Shown here piece after piece: positions 1 to 13,668 of a DNA stretch of 64,000 nt (its first letter is position 1; the number at the start of each line of letters is the position of its first letter). Position numbers and translations under genes: made by a program. Where the stretch lies: positions 42,656,001-42,720,000 of the forward strand of contig OX597834.1 of assembly GCA_951406725.2 (NCBI GenBank), in the 5' to 3' direction. The notes below the pieces were generated by a model that saw nothing but the letters and a program-made list of their open reading frames with translations, searched no databases and was not told where the DNA came from. The stretch is from Octopus vulgaris. Its lineage: Eukaryota.

Positions 1-611
1 CCCCTCCTCCTCCTTCTCCTCCTCCTCTCCTCCCCCTCCCTCTCCACCACCACCGCCACCTCCAGTTGTCTTTAATTACTTCTGTTGTCACTGTTTACTC
101 TAACACATGTATGCGCCATCCTCTCCCTCGTTCTCTACTCCACACCTCTTTCTCTCCTTCTTTCTAAATCCTTCTCTCTCACTCCTTCTTTCACAGCCGC
201 CATTGTGAAGCTTTTTCTGTGTTTAAATATCCACAAACAGATTCTCTTTAGCAAGCAACCCGCTCCTTCTCTCTCTCCCTCTCTCTCTCTCTTTCAAGTA
301 ATACCTCTCTATGTCGCTATATCAATCACGCACTCTTTTACTCTCTGCCTGTCTACCTCCTTCTCTCTCACTCTCTCTCTCTGCCCGTTCGTCTGTTTCT
401 GTCCCTCTGTTTCATTTTCTCTGTCTTTTTCTCTCATTTTCTCTCTCTTTCAGTTTCTCTTTCTCTCTCTCTCTGTCTGCTAGTCTCTGTCTTTCTGCCT
501 CGTTTTCTCTGTCTCATCTCTCTCTCTCATTCTCTCTATCTGTCTGTCTCTCTCTGTCTCTCTCTCTGTCTGTCTCTCTCTGTGACTGTCTCTCTCTGTC
601 TATTTCCCTCC

Positions 612-642
<31 letters not shown>

Positions 643-696
643 ACTGTTTGCTTGTTTCTGTCTCTCTTTCTGCATCATTTTCTCTGTCCCTTGTTT

Positions 697-727
<31 letters not shown>

Positions 728-830
728 TTCTCCTTACCTCCGTCTCTCTCTCTCCCTCCTTTATTTTCTCCGTCTTCCCATTCCATCCCTCTCTCTCTTT
801 CTCCTTCCTCTCCCTCCCCCTGTCTCGGCT
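1..830. repeat. Polypyrimidine (CT)n/(CTGT)n low-complexity tract
   Basis: Directly visible. Confidence 0.9.
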
Positions 831-1314
831 ACATTACATCAAATTGAAACATAGTGAAACAACCAGACACTTACAAATCTCAAAATACAATTAATTCATC
901 CAATCCAGACATAATCACTAAGAGTGCTCCACAACTAACGAGCAATTTAGTTTCAAGGCTATGACCATGAAATAAATAATAAAAACAAAAAAAAAACCGG
1001 CAAGAATGGAAATCTTCGTTCCACATTGCTCACCCTGTCACTCTCCCTACCGTTGTTTGTCTATATTTATTATATATCGATGCAGTGGGAAGATCTTTCC
1101 CTCTGTGGCTCTTTCTTTTATCCCACTCCATTTACCCTCTCATCCCTTACAGCACACCTCTATCGGGCTCCCCCATACAGGAGTGCGTGTGCTAACGAAC
1201 GTAAGTTCTGTATAGTGACATAGCTCCTCATATCCAAGAGGAATAGGATTGTTCGCGTTCACGAAACTTTAAGTAACATAAGGTGTAACCACTTTCTCTC
1301 CTCTGTTTGTCTGT

Positions 1315-1480
1315 CTAGCCACTACACACATTTTTTTCTCTCCTTGTTTCTCTCCGTGTCCCTTTCTGTAGAAGAGCGTAGGCTCGAAACGTAAAAGACA
1401 TTTTTCTATTCCTGAGCGTTATACTAATATATCTTTTGTACACCGCCTGTCTTCATCTTTTGTTTTTTTCGTGAACTCTA
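1315..1480 (+). mobile_element. Family H2 repeat with degenerate hammerhead-like motif
   Basis: CTGTAGA (1366-72)-A-GAGC-GTAG-GCTC-GAAACGT...CCTGAGCGTT; homologous to 35266-35447 (minus); abuts a (CTAT)n array. Confidence 0.6.
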
Positions 1481-1519
1481 TCAATCTATCTATCTATCTA
1501 TATACCTATCTATCAAATA

Positions 1520-1585
<66 letters not shown>

Positions 1586-1874
1586 ACAAATCTATCTATC
1601 TAACAAATCTATCTATCTAACAAATCTATCTATCTATCTATCCATCCACCTATCTATCCATCTATCTATCTATCCACCTATCTATCTATCTATCTATTTA
1701 TCAATCCATCTAACAAATCTATCTATCTATCCATCTAACAAATCTACCTATCTATCTATCTATCTATCTATCCATCTAACAAATCTATCTATCTATCTAA
1801 CAAATCTATCTATCTATCTAACAAATCTACCTATCTATCCACCTAACAAATCTATCTATCTGGCTATCCATCTG

Positions 1875-1908
<34 letters not shown>

Positions 1909-1918
1909 CATCTAACAA

Positions 1919-2005
<87 letters not shown>

Positions 2006-2015
2006 CATACATCTA
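1480..2015. repeat. (CTAT)n microsatellite with recurring ctaacaaat interruptions
   Basis: Directly visible; similar tract at 4428-4690. Confidence 0.95.
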
Positions 2016-3127
2016 CCAATATTTTCAAAGGCAATTATATGATTCCATCTTAATCACTTTTGGCATATCTTAGTCACACTGGTCTGTTTGAATCCCACTG
2101 ATCCACCTTAAAGAAATGGGCCCAATTTAATCCCAGTGGTTCTTTTTAGTTGCACTGGTCTCTCTTAATCACTGTGGCCTGTCTAAGTGAAACTCTTCCA
2201 TATTGTTGCTTTGTCCGAGCTCAGTTGTATCGCCCTGTGATCAGCTACCCCAGATAATTTATATAGTGAATACCGGTGTGAAGTGTGTGAGAACAGTAAT
2301 CAGTGTAACAAATGATACCTGTTAAACGGCGAAATAGTTTCTCAGACAGAAACCAACAGCAGACCACACCCGAATGGAAGTCCTGTCCCACCATGTTTTC
2401 TGCTTAAGGCACGCATTGCTTTACACCAATAACCTCTCAAGGCTGTTGGGAAGGGCTTAAAGTTGCATAATTAAGATATTCACTTCAGAATCTCGAGATC
2501 CCGTGTTCAATATCTCTGTGCAGGATCTTCAGTTACCATTTATGTTTTACTACTTGTTGCAGTCATTCTGTTGTTGTGGTCATTCTGGAGTACAATCTTG
2601 TACGTTCTGAGTTCAAATTCCGGCGAGGTCGACTTTGCTTTTCATCCTTTCGGAGTCGATTAAATAAGTACTAGTTACGCACTGGAGTCGATATAATCGA
2701 CTTAATCCCTTTGTCTGTCCTTGTTTGTCCTCTCTATGTTTAGCTCCTTGTGGGCAATAAAGACTTATAATCTCCCTCGTATATATCCTACTGACTCATA
2801 TAAGTATATAGTCTTCCAGTCCCTTAAACCTCTGCTTGTCTGCTCATCGATGTTTGAACGAAAGACGGATGTGTGTCTATGCTAAGCCCTGAAGAGCATT
2901 TGTATGTCTATAAGTGAACATAAATTGTACATATCCTGTTTGTGTGTTTAAACAACGGTTCAGTGTTCTAAATATACTGCATTTGTCAATATTTAGCTTT
3001 TATTTCAGGACGTTTTTTTATTTCCTCTCTCTTTGCCTTGGAAATACTTTTGTTAATGTCATTAATTCAATATTCCTTCTTTACTTTTCATCTGCAAGAT
3101 GTCTCTCTACGTGTATACCTTACTCTT

Positions 3128-3177
<50 letters not shown>

Positions 3178-3299
3178 CTCTCTCACTATTTGTGATTGTG
3201 TGTGTGTGTGTGTGTTAGATTGTGGGTGTGCGCGCAATTGTGACTTTGTTTACTCTTGTCTGTGTACACACTCACACACACGTTTATATATTTTCTCGC

Positions 3300-3349
<50 letters not shown>

Positions 3350-3387
3350 ATTTACACGCGTATCTATCTACACAGACATACCCTTGT

Positions 3388-3418
<31 letters not shown>

Positions 3419-3420
3419 AA

Positions 3421-3459
<39 letters not shown>

Positions 3460-3978
3460 ATGGGTATGTGTCTGACTGTAAAATACTTGAATTCTTAAAA
3501 AAAAAAGAAACACGAAACAAAACCTGGTGCGATAATGTAGAAATAATTTATGTATGTATACGTAAGCGCGCGCACTTACACACACACATGTATGTATTAT
3601 ATATAATGTATTTATGTAATGTATTTATATAATGTATTTATATATATCACAGTTTCAAATGTATTTATACATATACACGCGTGGCAACGTTTTGTATATG
3701 AGTGTTATACAGCTGTTACTTCTAGGTGTAATATAAGGGGGAGGCAAGGGTAGGGAGGTCTTAGTTATTAAGGTGTTAAGGTGGTTATCGCGGCGTTAAA
3801 TCTGGTCGATGTGTGTATTTTCTGTGTGTTTCTACGTGTGAAGGTGTGTGTGTGTGTGTATGTATATGTATGTGTTGTTGGTAGAATCACGTGTGTCGAG
3901 GCGTTGGTAATCGTAGGAGTATGTATTCTGCGTATATCGTGGTATGTGTGTGTGTGTGTGTGATGTAGAGATAGGTGA

Positions 3979-4021
<43 letters not shown>

Positions 4022-4548
4022 GTGGGAGATATATATGTTTGACTGGTTTTGCGTTATTTTAAAAACGATATCTAAGAAGTTGTTATAATTTTAGACGAGA
4101 ACAGAACAATGTTAAAACATACGTAATGTAAGCCCGTACACGAACCACTTCAATCTGTTTTAGCAATCATGTCTGTCGGTGTGTGTGTATGTATGCTCAA
4201 GAAACGTATATGCATGTGTATGTGAGTGGGTGTGCGTGCCTCTCTCTCTCTCTACATATATATATTGAGAGAGATGCATCTATCTATCTATCTAGCTATC
4301 CATTTTTTATATTTTTACGATCCCTTTTGATCGAAAACCTACCCCCACTTTTTTTTCTCCCCAAAAAGAAAAGCTCTATTTTGTAATTTGTCCCCTCTGT
4401 GTTCAGTTCTGTGTGACTAATAATGAAATATCTATCTATCTGTCTGCCTACCTGCCTGTCTGTCTTTCTATCTATCTACCTGTGTCTGTCTGTCTATCCA
4501 CCTGTCTATATATCTACCTATCTGTCTGTCTATCTATCTATCTATCTA

Positions 4549-4616
<68 letters not shown>

Positions 4617-5619
4617 CTCGTCTGTCTGTCTATCTATCTATCTATCTGGCTAACTCTGTCTATCGATCGGCCTGTCTGTCTATCTCTCCCCCCCTCTCTC
4701 TCTACCTCCCTGTCTCCCCCCCCCCCCCCCCTCACGTGCACAGTAATCGTTATTAATATCAATTTGTAAGAACTTCATATTCCTTTTGTCCTTTAACTAT
4801 AAAAACCAATTGTTTAAATGTGATAGACTTACGCTCACATATAAACATGTCTGTGTATGTCACTTTTTTTTCTTAATTCTAATAAAAATCAGACCTACCA
4901 ACATGGCAGCCAAGTTGTCCCAGTCAGATTTTATGATCCCTAATCTTTTCTACTGTTGAAACAAAGCGTGGATTTTGTGTGTTTGTTCTGAGGTGGCATT
5001 CGATTACATTGGACCTGAGCTCTAATGGTACTTATTTTATCGACCCTGAAAAGATGAAAGGCAGAGTCAACCTCGGTGGAAAGTAAAGCCGTAAGAAACG
5101 CCACTAAGCATTTTGTCCGGCGTGCTAACGATTTCTATCCGTTCACCGTCTTATTATTAATAATAAATAATAAACAACAGTTTTGAAAACTTGGAATCTT
5201 CTGTCAAATGATCCCTCTTTCCGTCTCTATTGTTTCTTGTTTTAATTTTTGTTCGCAACACCGTGTGTAGTTTCTATCCATTGGTATAATCCTTTCCACC
5301 TTAAATATTTAGCATTTAGCAATATCATGAAAATATTGACGGCTCTGTCCCCTGTAGACTCGATGTACCTACCGTTGACGTACCGCCATGTGATAATATT
5401 AAGCCAAAGTTTGAATCTATAGAGTATATTTGCCAAGCAGCTCGACTCCATATTGTTGCTATTTTACTCAGGAGGACCCTCGTAGCCATTCGATGCTTCA
5501 ATAGAATCCTATCATTTTATTATCTGAATATTTTTAGGAAGTGTGTAAAATAATTGCTGAAATATTTTGTAGCTTGCAGGAGTATAACCAATTTTATTGC
5601 TCATAAATTTTAATAACAA

Positions 5620-5689
5620 AATCTTATATGGACTCCTAAAGCTGATATGAACCCCTAAGGCTCATATGGGCCCTGGTTGATAACCACTG
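5620..5689. mobile_element. hAT-like MITE end (also at 40950-40994)
   Basis: Shared terminus gggcccYggttgaWaaccactg, the reverse complement of a CAGTGGTT..CAACC hAT/Charlie-type TIR. Confidence 0.4.
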
Positions 5690-6191
5690 TTTTATAGTAT
5701 CTTGTATTTTATTTGTAAATGTATTAGAAAAAGCGGGAAGCAGCCATGAACCTTTCTGGAGCCACTGAGACGGGTGTTGGTATAAGTTTTTCCTAGACTG
5801 GAGATCAAAACTTAGCTGGTTGCAGTAATCTCCGCTCAACTTCTGTAGCCTAGGTCAGGTGCTGTTGTTTACTTGAACGACAGAGCAGTTATTTGAACCA
5901 TGAACGTTTCCTCCGATGTTGCTGGTGCGAAGTTGTTTAGGGTGGAGACTCACTTTTATTTGAACTCGAAACTATGTAGTTTCATATTTCTTAAACACAC
6001 AACCACAAGTTTGGTAGGCGTGGTTGTACACGCAGGCATGGCTGTGTGGTAAGAAGTTTCCTTCCCAATCACATAGGTCGGGGTTCAGTCCAGCTGCATG
6101 ACACCTTGGGCAAGTGTCTTTTACTATAGCTTAGCCTCGGGTCGACCAAAGACTTGAGTGGATTTGGTAGACGGAAACTGAAAGAAGGCCG

Positions 6192-6244
<53 letters not shown>

Positions 6245-6249
<5 letters not shown>

Positions 6250-6427
6250 GTAAGCACATAAATGTGAAACAAGGTGGAAAAAAAGAGTACTCAAATACCA
6301 GAGGTAGAGTAATATGCTTCACGTTCCCGTTTGTCGGACAGTTTTGTTAAAAAAAACTGTCTGACGAACGGGAACGTGAAACTCTGAGTAACAACTTTTG
6401 TTATATTTCTGCTGCTTTTAAATAAAG
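6245..6427. mobile_element. Hammerhead-bearing fold-back element (Penelope-like pLTR remnant?) inserted in the (TA)n tract of a SINE
   Basis: Interrupts the SINE-A copy at 6031-6660 right after its TA repeat. It contains a 28-bp inverted repeat (6318-6345 / 6353-6380) overlapping the hammerhead core. Confidence 0.6.
6358..6393 (+). ncRNA. Minimal type-I hammerhead ribozyme motif, intact core
   Basis: Stem I TGT (6358-60); CTGACGA (6361-67); stem II ACG-GGAA-CGT (6368-77); GAAA (6378-81); near-palindromic stem III ACTC-T-GAGT (6381-89); GTA cleavage triplet ending at 6390; stem I' ACA (6391-93). Confidence 0.75.
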
Positions 6428-7073
6428 TGTGTGTATGTCTCCTTTTGCCCATCGCCACCGCTTGAAAACGGGTGTTTGTGGGTTTACACCCTCCTAACAT
6501 TTCGACAAAAAAGACTGATAAAGTACCAGGCTATAAGCCAAAAAAAAAAAAAAAATTACTGGGAGGTCGATTCGTACGACCAAAAATCTTCAAGGCTGTA
6601 CTTCAGCATGGCCGCAGTCTAATGAATGAAATAAGTATAAGATAAAAAAAGTAAGATAAAAAAAAAAAGAGATGGAATTCTCTAGACTTTTCTCACCTAC
6701 TTCGAGTTCATTAAAACAAAACTAGAATTCGCTCCAGCGAATTAGCTTCCCTAATTACTTTATGATTTAAAATTGTTTTGGTGCCGGCCTGTTATCTATG
6801 ATCAAAATATCAAAATGCTGCAGCAGACACACAGGGTGAATAAACTGTATAATTAGATAAACGAATGGTGGATATATTTGTAGGAAAATCTGGAAGCTTA
6901 GAGTAAGGCTGCTATGAAAATAGCAGAACGTAATGTCTGACCCATGATTTTTAGATGATTGGTTTATAGCCACATCCGGGCAGGTAATGCAGTTCCTATG
7001 CACATCAAAATAATGTTTCCACATTAGACGTTTTCATAGGTGCGCATAGACACACACACACATTTTGCACTCG

Positions 7074-7114
<41 letters not shown>

Positions 7115-7175
7115 ATATATCTATATCTCTATCTCTCTCTCTCTCTCTCTCTTTATCGATCTATCTACCTAACTG

Positions 7176-7208
<33 letters not shown>

Positions 7209-7379
7209 ACTGTTTCTCTCTATATATCTAACTATCTATCTTTCTCTCTCTCTCTCTCTACCTAACTTTCTCTCTATCTAACTATCTCTGTCTATCTAAC
7301 TATCTGTCTGTCTGTCTCTCTATTTACCCTTGTCTATCTCTCTATCTGTCATCTATATATGCTCCATCTATCTGTATGC

Positions 7380-7417
<38 letters not shown>

Positions 7418-7489
7418 ACATATAAATACATACACATACTCTCAGGCCAAGCAAACAAATGCGTGTGTATATGTGTATCAGAAGAACAG

Positions 7490-7697
7490 AGGTCTCAATA
7501 AAAGCCGGCTGTGAATCGCCACCGCAGGGGAGATGAGAAACCTTATAAGCCAACAACACAGACAGACGTTGAGAGTTCATGAAAGCTTGTCTAGCATTTG
7601 TTACAAGAATATCGGCGATGTATTTCAGTGAATCTGCTTTACTATTTCGGTTTAAACTTCGCGTATTCTTGTTTAATATCTTGACTGCTGGATGTCG
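7490..7697 (+). promoter_or_regulatory. Candidate promoter and non-coding first exon of the LMO4-like gene
   Basis: Non-repetitive, CpG-containing island between microsatellites, with TATAA at 7544-7548 and a good donor CG|gtacgt at 7697/7698. No transcript evidence. Confidence 0.35.
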
Positions 7698-10600
7698 GTA
7701 CGTTGTTGTTAGTTTGGCGGCGGCGGAGGCACTGGGAGGTTGTGTACGAACATATACATGTGTGTGTGTGTGTGTGTGTTTGTGTCAGTAAATAGTGACT
7801 GAGTCAGTACGAGTACAGTATTGTGTAGAGCTGTGTGTCAGTTAGTTCTGTGTGTGTCTGTGTGTCCATACGATGGATTCTTTATTTTTTTGCTTTTAAT
7901 CTTTTACTTGATTCAGTCTGCGACCATGCTGGAGCACTGCCTGGAATTTCTTGGTCGAATAAATCGAACCCCGGTTTTTCTTTTTTTTTTTTAAAGCCTG
8001 CTACTTATTCTATCGGACCCTTTTGCCGAACTGCTAGTTTATGGGGACGCAAACACACCAACACCGGTTGTCAAGTGGTAGTAGCGGACAAACACACACA
8101 CACGAGTAAATATTCGAATGAATATTCATATAGATATTATTATTATTATTCAGTAGTTTTATTTTTATATCGTGCTTTCACCTCCCTCTGTGTGCCTTGG
8201 GTATGTGTTGAGGTTTGTTGTTGTTATTATTATTATTATCATTATTATTATTAACTTCGATCTACTTTTTAATGATCACTTTTTATTCAGTTTTCTAAAC
8301 ATGAGAAAAGTAAGTAGGTGGGACAGATATTGATTTGGCACCCCACAAAAGTTCTAGGGGTGCACTTGCACCTCCTGTACCTGGGCCCATGGTTGAATAG
8401 CTTTCATGGTATAGAAATTTATGAGAAATGTGTTTGAACCAGAAATCTAGAATCTACTTCAGTATAGCGAATATTCGCTGCTCCACGAACCATAAAGAAG
8501 CGTTTTAAAGCAACGACGCATAAAGTGGGCCACACACAAGGTTATTAAAGCGCCGCGCCGGTGTCATTTGCATATTGAAGAAATTGTTGAGGCATGGCTG
8601 TGTGGCTGGGAAGCTCGGTTTGCAACCATGCGGTTTCGGGTTCAGTCCCCCAGCGCGGTACCTTGGTCGAGCAGCTTTTCCCATAGCGACGAGTTGATCA
8701 ATGACTTGTTAGTGAATCTGCTAGACGGAAACTGTGCGGAAGTCCATGTGTGTGTGTGCGCACGCATATATATGTGTGTGTGTGTATTTGTCTTCCTCAA
8801 CGCTTAATAACCTTTGGTTTGTTTACGTTACATAACTTAGCTGTTCGGCAAAAGAGAATGATAGAGTAAGTTTGGGGATTCGTATAATCGTTAGAGCGTC
8901 CAGCAAAATGCTTTGCCGAATATTTCCCTGATCTATGCCTTCTGCTTTCAAATTACGCCTGGCAGAACTATGCTTTCTCTTGCTCCGGGGTCTTTGAAAT
9001 AAAGCACAGACCAAATATTGGTTTCAAATTTTGGCACAAGGCCAGCAACTTCGGAGGAAGGGTTAGTCGATTATATCAACCCTAGTGTTCAACTGACACT
9101 TATTTTATCGACCCTAAAGGGATGAAAAGCAAAGTCAACCTTGCGGGAATTTGAATTCAGAATGTAAAGACGGTCGAAATGCAGTTAAGCATTTGGTCCG
9201 GTGTGCTAACGATTCTGCCAGCTTCCAGCCAAATTTTGGTGTCATTTTACTCGACTGACACCACCTAAATTTCTAGCCGAGTGTTAGAAATTAGTTGAGG
9301 TTTGCTGAATCAGGGCTGACCTGAAAGCCATGGGCTAAACATCAACAACGGCAACAGATACAATACTAGCAATAATGGACAAGACAAGGGAGTAACAGGA
9401 AGGAGGTCTGAAAAAAATAAAATAAATGAATAAATTGAAATACGAAACCTTAATTAAAGTTTATTCATCCTCATCCTCTCTTTTCTCCTCCCCCTCCTCC
9501 TCAACACGGAATGAGAAGTAAATAAAGAAATAATTAAAAAATAAATTAACGAAAAGATTAAAAACAAGCACCCTTACAAAAAAAGAAAACAACTAGATAA
9601 CAAGGCCTGTGTAGAACGAAAACACATTTGGTTTATGTATTATTATTATTTTGCCAAAATTTCTTAGTAAAGCAAATTAGATTTAGCCATCAGGTCTCCC
9701 ATTTATTTGTTTATATTTATCTCGTAGAATGTAATAACAACAGCTAATAAGAAGAAGAATTAAGTGTGAAATTATTACAGCAGGACTTCAAGTACTCTTC
9801 ACCATATTTACTCCTAAGATGATCATCTTATGATGTATACTTATGTTCCGCATGTAAAATATATTAATCAACATTATATCCTATATATTTACTCATCATA
9901 TTCTTCATGTTTATATTGTTGATGTACAGTCTACAGTTGTTTTTTTTTTTTGTATCTTGTCTTCATGTATTCGTTGTTATTGTTGCTGCTGTTGTTGTTA
10001 TTATCTATCTATTTATTAGTGTATTTTGTTTATTTGTGTAATATTTATTTTTATAATGGCGCGATCGCTATTTCCGCTGCCGATTTCTGCTGGAATTAGA
10101 CTTGCGCGTGTCTAATTTGCGCCAGCGATTCGGGCTGCGACTCGAGTGGTTTGTTTATATACGATAATTACGTCTAAAAGCAGAAACCTGAAGATTACTC
10201 CCGCAGAAGGAAGCCCTCACTTCGCTTGGAACTTAGCAAGGCATGACTAATTAAAGCACAATATCACATTGATTGAAATAGGTAGAGGCGGTTTTCTTAG
10301 TTAGCAGCCGAAAATTCTTGGTGAAAGCTTTCTCGGGGACTACAAACAAACCAAATTAAATTTAAGCTTTCTGTCATGTACCAAAAAATGATAAGAACAG
10401 ATGTTTTTTCTTGATGTGTGCTGAAGAACTTAACCGTTCTATCTCTTTAGTCATCGCAGTTATAATTATTCTAGTTGTTGTTGCTGTTGCAGTTGTCGTT
10501 ATTGTTGTTTTTCGCTGCTGCTGCTACCACTGTTGTTGTTGTTGCTGCTACTACTGTTACCGCTGATATTGTTCTTCATGATGTTGCGGTTGTAGTTGCT

Positions 10601-10804
10601 GCTTCTTCTGAGACTTCACACATCTTGAAGTTCTTGTTGCTTCTTAATTTTTACAGTTACAACCGTTATTGCTGTTACAGCGATGGCACGTTCCCCTAAT
10701 TCTTAGAGTAGCATGATCAGTTGTAATCAGGGCAGTTTTAGGAGCATTATGGCCCACCCTCCAGGACAGCACAATACGCAGGGCTCTCTAGTATCTATTT
10801 ATTT

Positions 10805-11175
10805 TTTTACTTGTTTCAGTCATTTGACTGCAGCCATGCTGGAGCACCACTTTGAAGTGTTTTAGTCGAACAACACGACCCCAAGACTAACCTTTTAAGT
10901 CTAGTACTTATTTTATTGGCCCCTTTTACCGAACCGCTAAGTTACGGGGACGTAAACACACCAACAGCAGTTGTCAAGCGATGATTAGGGGACAAACAGG
11001 TACACTCACACACACACAAAACGGGCTACTTTCAGTTTCTGTCTACCAAATCCACTCACAAAGATTTGGTCGGCTTGAGGCTATAGTAGAAGATAATTGC
11101 CCAAGGTGCCATACAGTGGGACTGAACCCGGGACCATATTGTTGGGAAGCAAGCTTCTTACCACACAGCCACCCT
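10805..11175 (-). mobile_element. SINE-A copy
   Basis: Reverse complement of the SINE-A consensus (tttacttgtttcagtcatttgactgc...cttaccacacagcc). Confidence 0.85.
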
Positions 11176-12178
11176 GTTGATATTAGGCTACAAAGTATGT
11201 GCCCTTAGACCTGTGAGGCCTCTAAACCCGGAAGCTCCAACACCCGCGAGGTCCCTAGATCTGTGACGTCCTTGCAACTGCCCAATACTCCCATAACTTG
11301 AGACGGTTCCGCTTATAATCCAAAGATAACACTTGCGCTTGAACGTTATATCTTAGTGTTTACAGCACTCAACAGACACGTGAACCCTCAACGTATTTGT
11401 CGGGGAGATTCAGCGTGACACAGTGTGACAAAGCTGGCCCCTTTCAAATGCAGGTAAAGCAGAAACAGGAAGAAACTGTGAGAGAAAGTTGTGGTGAAAG
11501 GGTACAGCAGGGTTCGCCACCACCACTCTCTGTCGGAGCCTCGTGGAGCTTTAGATGTTTTCGCTCAATAAACACTCACAACGCCCAGTCTGGGAATCGA
11601 AACCGCGGTCCCACGACCGTGAGTCCTCTGCCCTAACTACTGGGCCATTTTTGCCCCCACAATTGGCTATTACATTGCAGTCGTTATTGTAACAAAGAAC
11701 TTGCAAGTGTCGTTGTTCCAGTGCTTATAACTGTAGTTGTAATTTAATTTTCCAACTTAGTTGTGATCGTAATTCAATCCCTACAGTTGTTTCGTTAACG
11801 ACATGCAGGTATTGGTTTAGACAAAATGAGCGAAACGGTTTCGCCCACGACTATTCCGTACTTCTGTAATTTTAGAGTGACGTTACAAAAGGTGGAATTT
11901 GAGAAAATCTGTTATTTTTAATAGGCAGAACGACAACATAAATGTTAATAGTTTTGCTCGAATTTCGCTGGTTCTTGATCACTGTTGTTATTCTTACCCT
12001 GTCGGGTGGATGCGATGGTGTGGGAAGTTTCTGTGAGTGAACGCATGAATATATTTGCGTGTTAGACAAATGTACACATCTGTGTGTACAGATGTATGGA
12101 TATATGCATATACATGAGCATAAATATCTATGTATAAAAATGTGTAATATATAGAAATACGTCTATATAAATATGTAT

Positions 12179-12236
<58 letters not shown>

Positions 12237-12250
12237 ATGTATATGTAAAT

Positions 12251-12566
12251 GGAGGTGCAATGGCCCAGTGTTTAGGGCAGCGGACTCGCGGTCGTAGGAT
12301 CGCGGTTTCGATTCACAGACCGGGTTTTGTGAGTGTTTATTGAACGAAAATGAAGCTCAGGCAGAGGATGGGTAGCGAATCCTGCTCTACTCTTTCACCA
12401 ACACCTTTCTCTCACTCTTTCTTCACCTGTATTTCGAAGTGACATGCTGAATCTCCCCGAGAACTACGTTAAGGGTTCACGTGTCTGTGGGGTGCTCAGC
12501 CACTTGCACGTTAATTTCATAAGCAAGCTGTTCCGTTGATCAGATCAACTAGAACCCACGTCGTCG
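12251..12566 (+). mobile_element. SINE-C head with D-type tail (also 11362-11650 minus; head only at 14179-14284)
   Basis: Head as at 26992; tail gctgaatctccccgagaactacgttaagggt...gatcaact shared with 31695-31992. Confidence 0.8.
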
Positions 12567-12577
12567 CATGTAAGTAC

Positions 12578-12618
<41 letters not shown>

Positions 12619-12716
12619 CGTGACCGACCAGACTATCAGTTTCAGATGTTGCTACACATCGCTGGTTACAATTATCTTCGCATTGTTTTAGCCTTCAAAT
12701 GACGCCACTCCGCTGA

Positions 12717-12761
<45 letters not shown>

Positions 12762-12812
12762 CGCACGATTTATTCTTGATCAGAGGCGTTCGAAAACCGA
12801 GGTTCTACTGTG

Positions 12813-12860
<48 letters not shown>

Positions 12861-12907
12861 ACACGCGTGTGTATACATAGATGTACATGTACATATATTT
12901 ACATGTG

Positions 12908-12942
<35 letters not shown>

Positions 12943-13185
12943 GCACACACACTTCGACTTTAGATGTGAAAGTAGGTCCCCGACATGTTTGAGGTAACCT
13001 AATGTTCGTATATTCTCCGTCTCTTTCTCATTGCTTCAGCGTGACTCAGCTGGATTTTTCTTTTGCTTTCTCCTTATTAAAATATTGCGTAACAAAATCG
13101 GTTCATTATTCTTGAATAATCTCCGTATACATACATACATACACAAATATAAATATATACATAAAAATACAATCATATATATATA

Positions 13186-13565
13186 GGCGTAGGAGTGACT
13201 GTGTGGTAAGTAGCTTGCTAACCAACCACATGCGTGGCACCATGGGCAAGTGTCTTCTGCTATAGCCCCGGGCCGACCAAAGCCTTGTGAGTGGATTTGG
13301 TAGACGGAAACTGAAAGAAGCCCATCGTATATATGTATATATATATATATACATGTGTGTGTGTATGTTTGTGTGTCTGTGTTTGTCCCCCTAGCATTGC
13401 TTGACAACCGATGCTGGTGTGTTTACGTCGCCGTCACCTGGCGGTTCAGCAAAAGAGACCGATAGAACAAGTACTGGGCTTACAAAGAATAAGTCCCGGG
13501 GTCGATTTGCTCGACTAAAAGGCGATGCTCCTGCATGGCCGCAGTCAAATGACTGAAACAAGTAA
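13186..13565 (+). mobile_element. SINE-A copy (B box deleted)
   Basis: ggcgtaggagtgactgtgtggtaag...gactgaaacaagtaaa. Confidence 0.9.
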
Positions 13566-13668
13566 ATATATATATATATATGTATATAAACAAGTCATAT
13601 ACATATATATATACACGCATAAACCTATACATATATGTTTATGTTTGTAAGTTCTCTATATGGATATA

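Larger units (their letters stand above)
6031..6660 (+). mobile_element. SINE-A copy interrupted by a hammerhead element
   Basis: Head cgcaggcatggctgtgtggtaag and tail cagcatggccgcagtc match the other copies. Confidence 0.85.
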
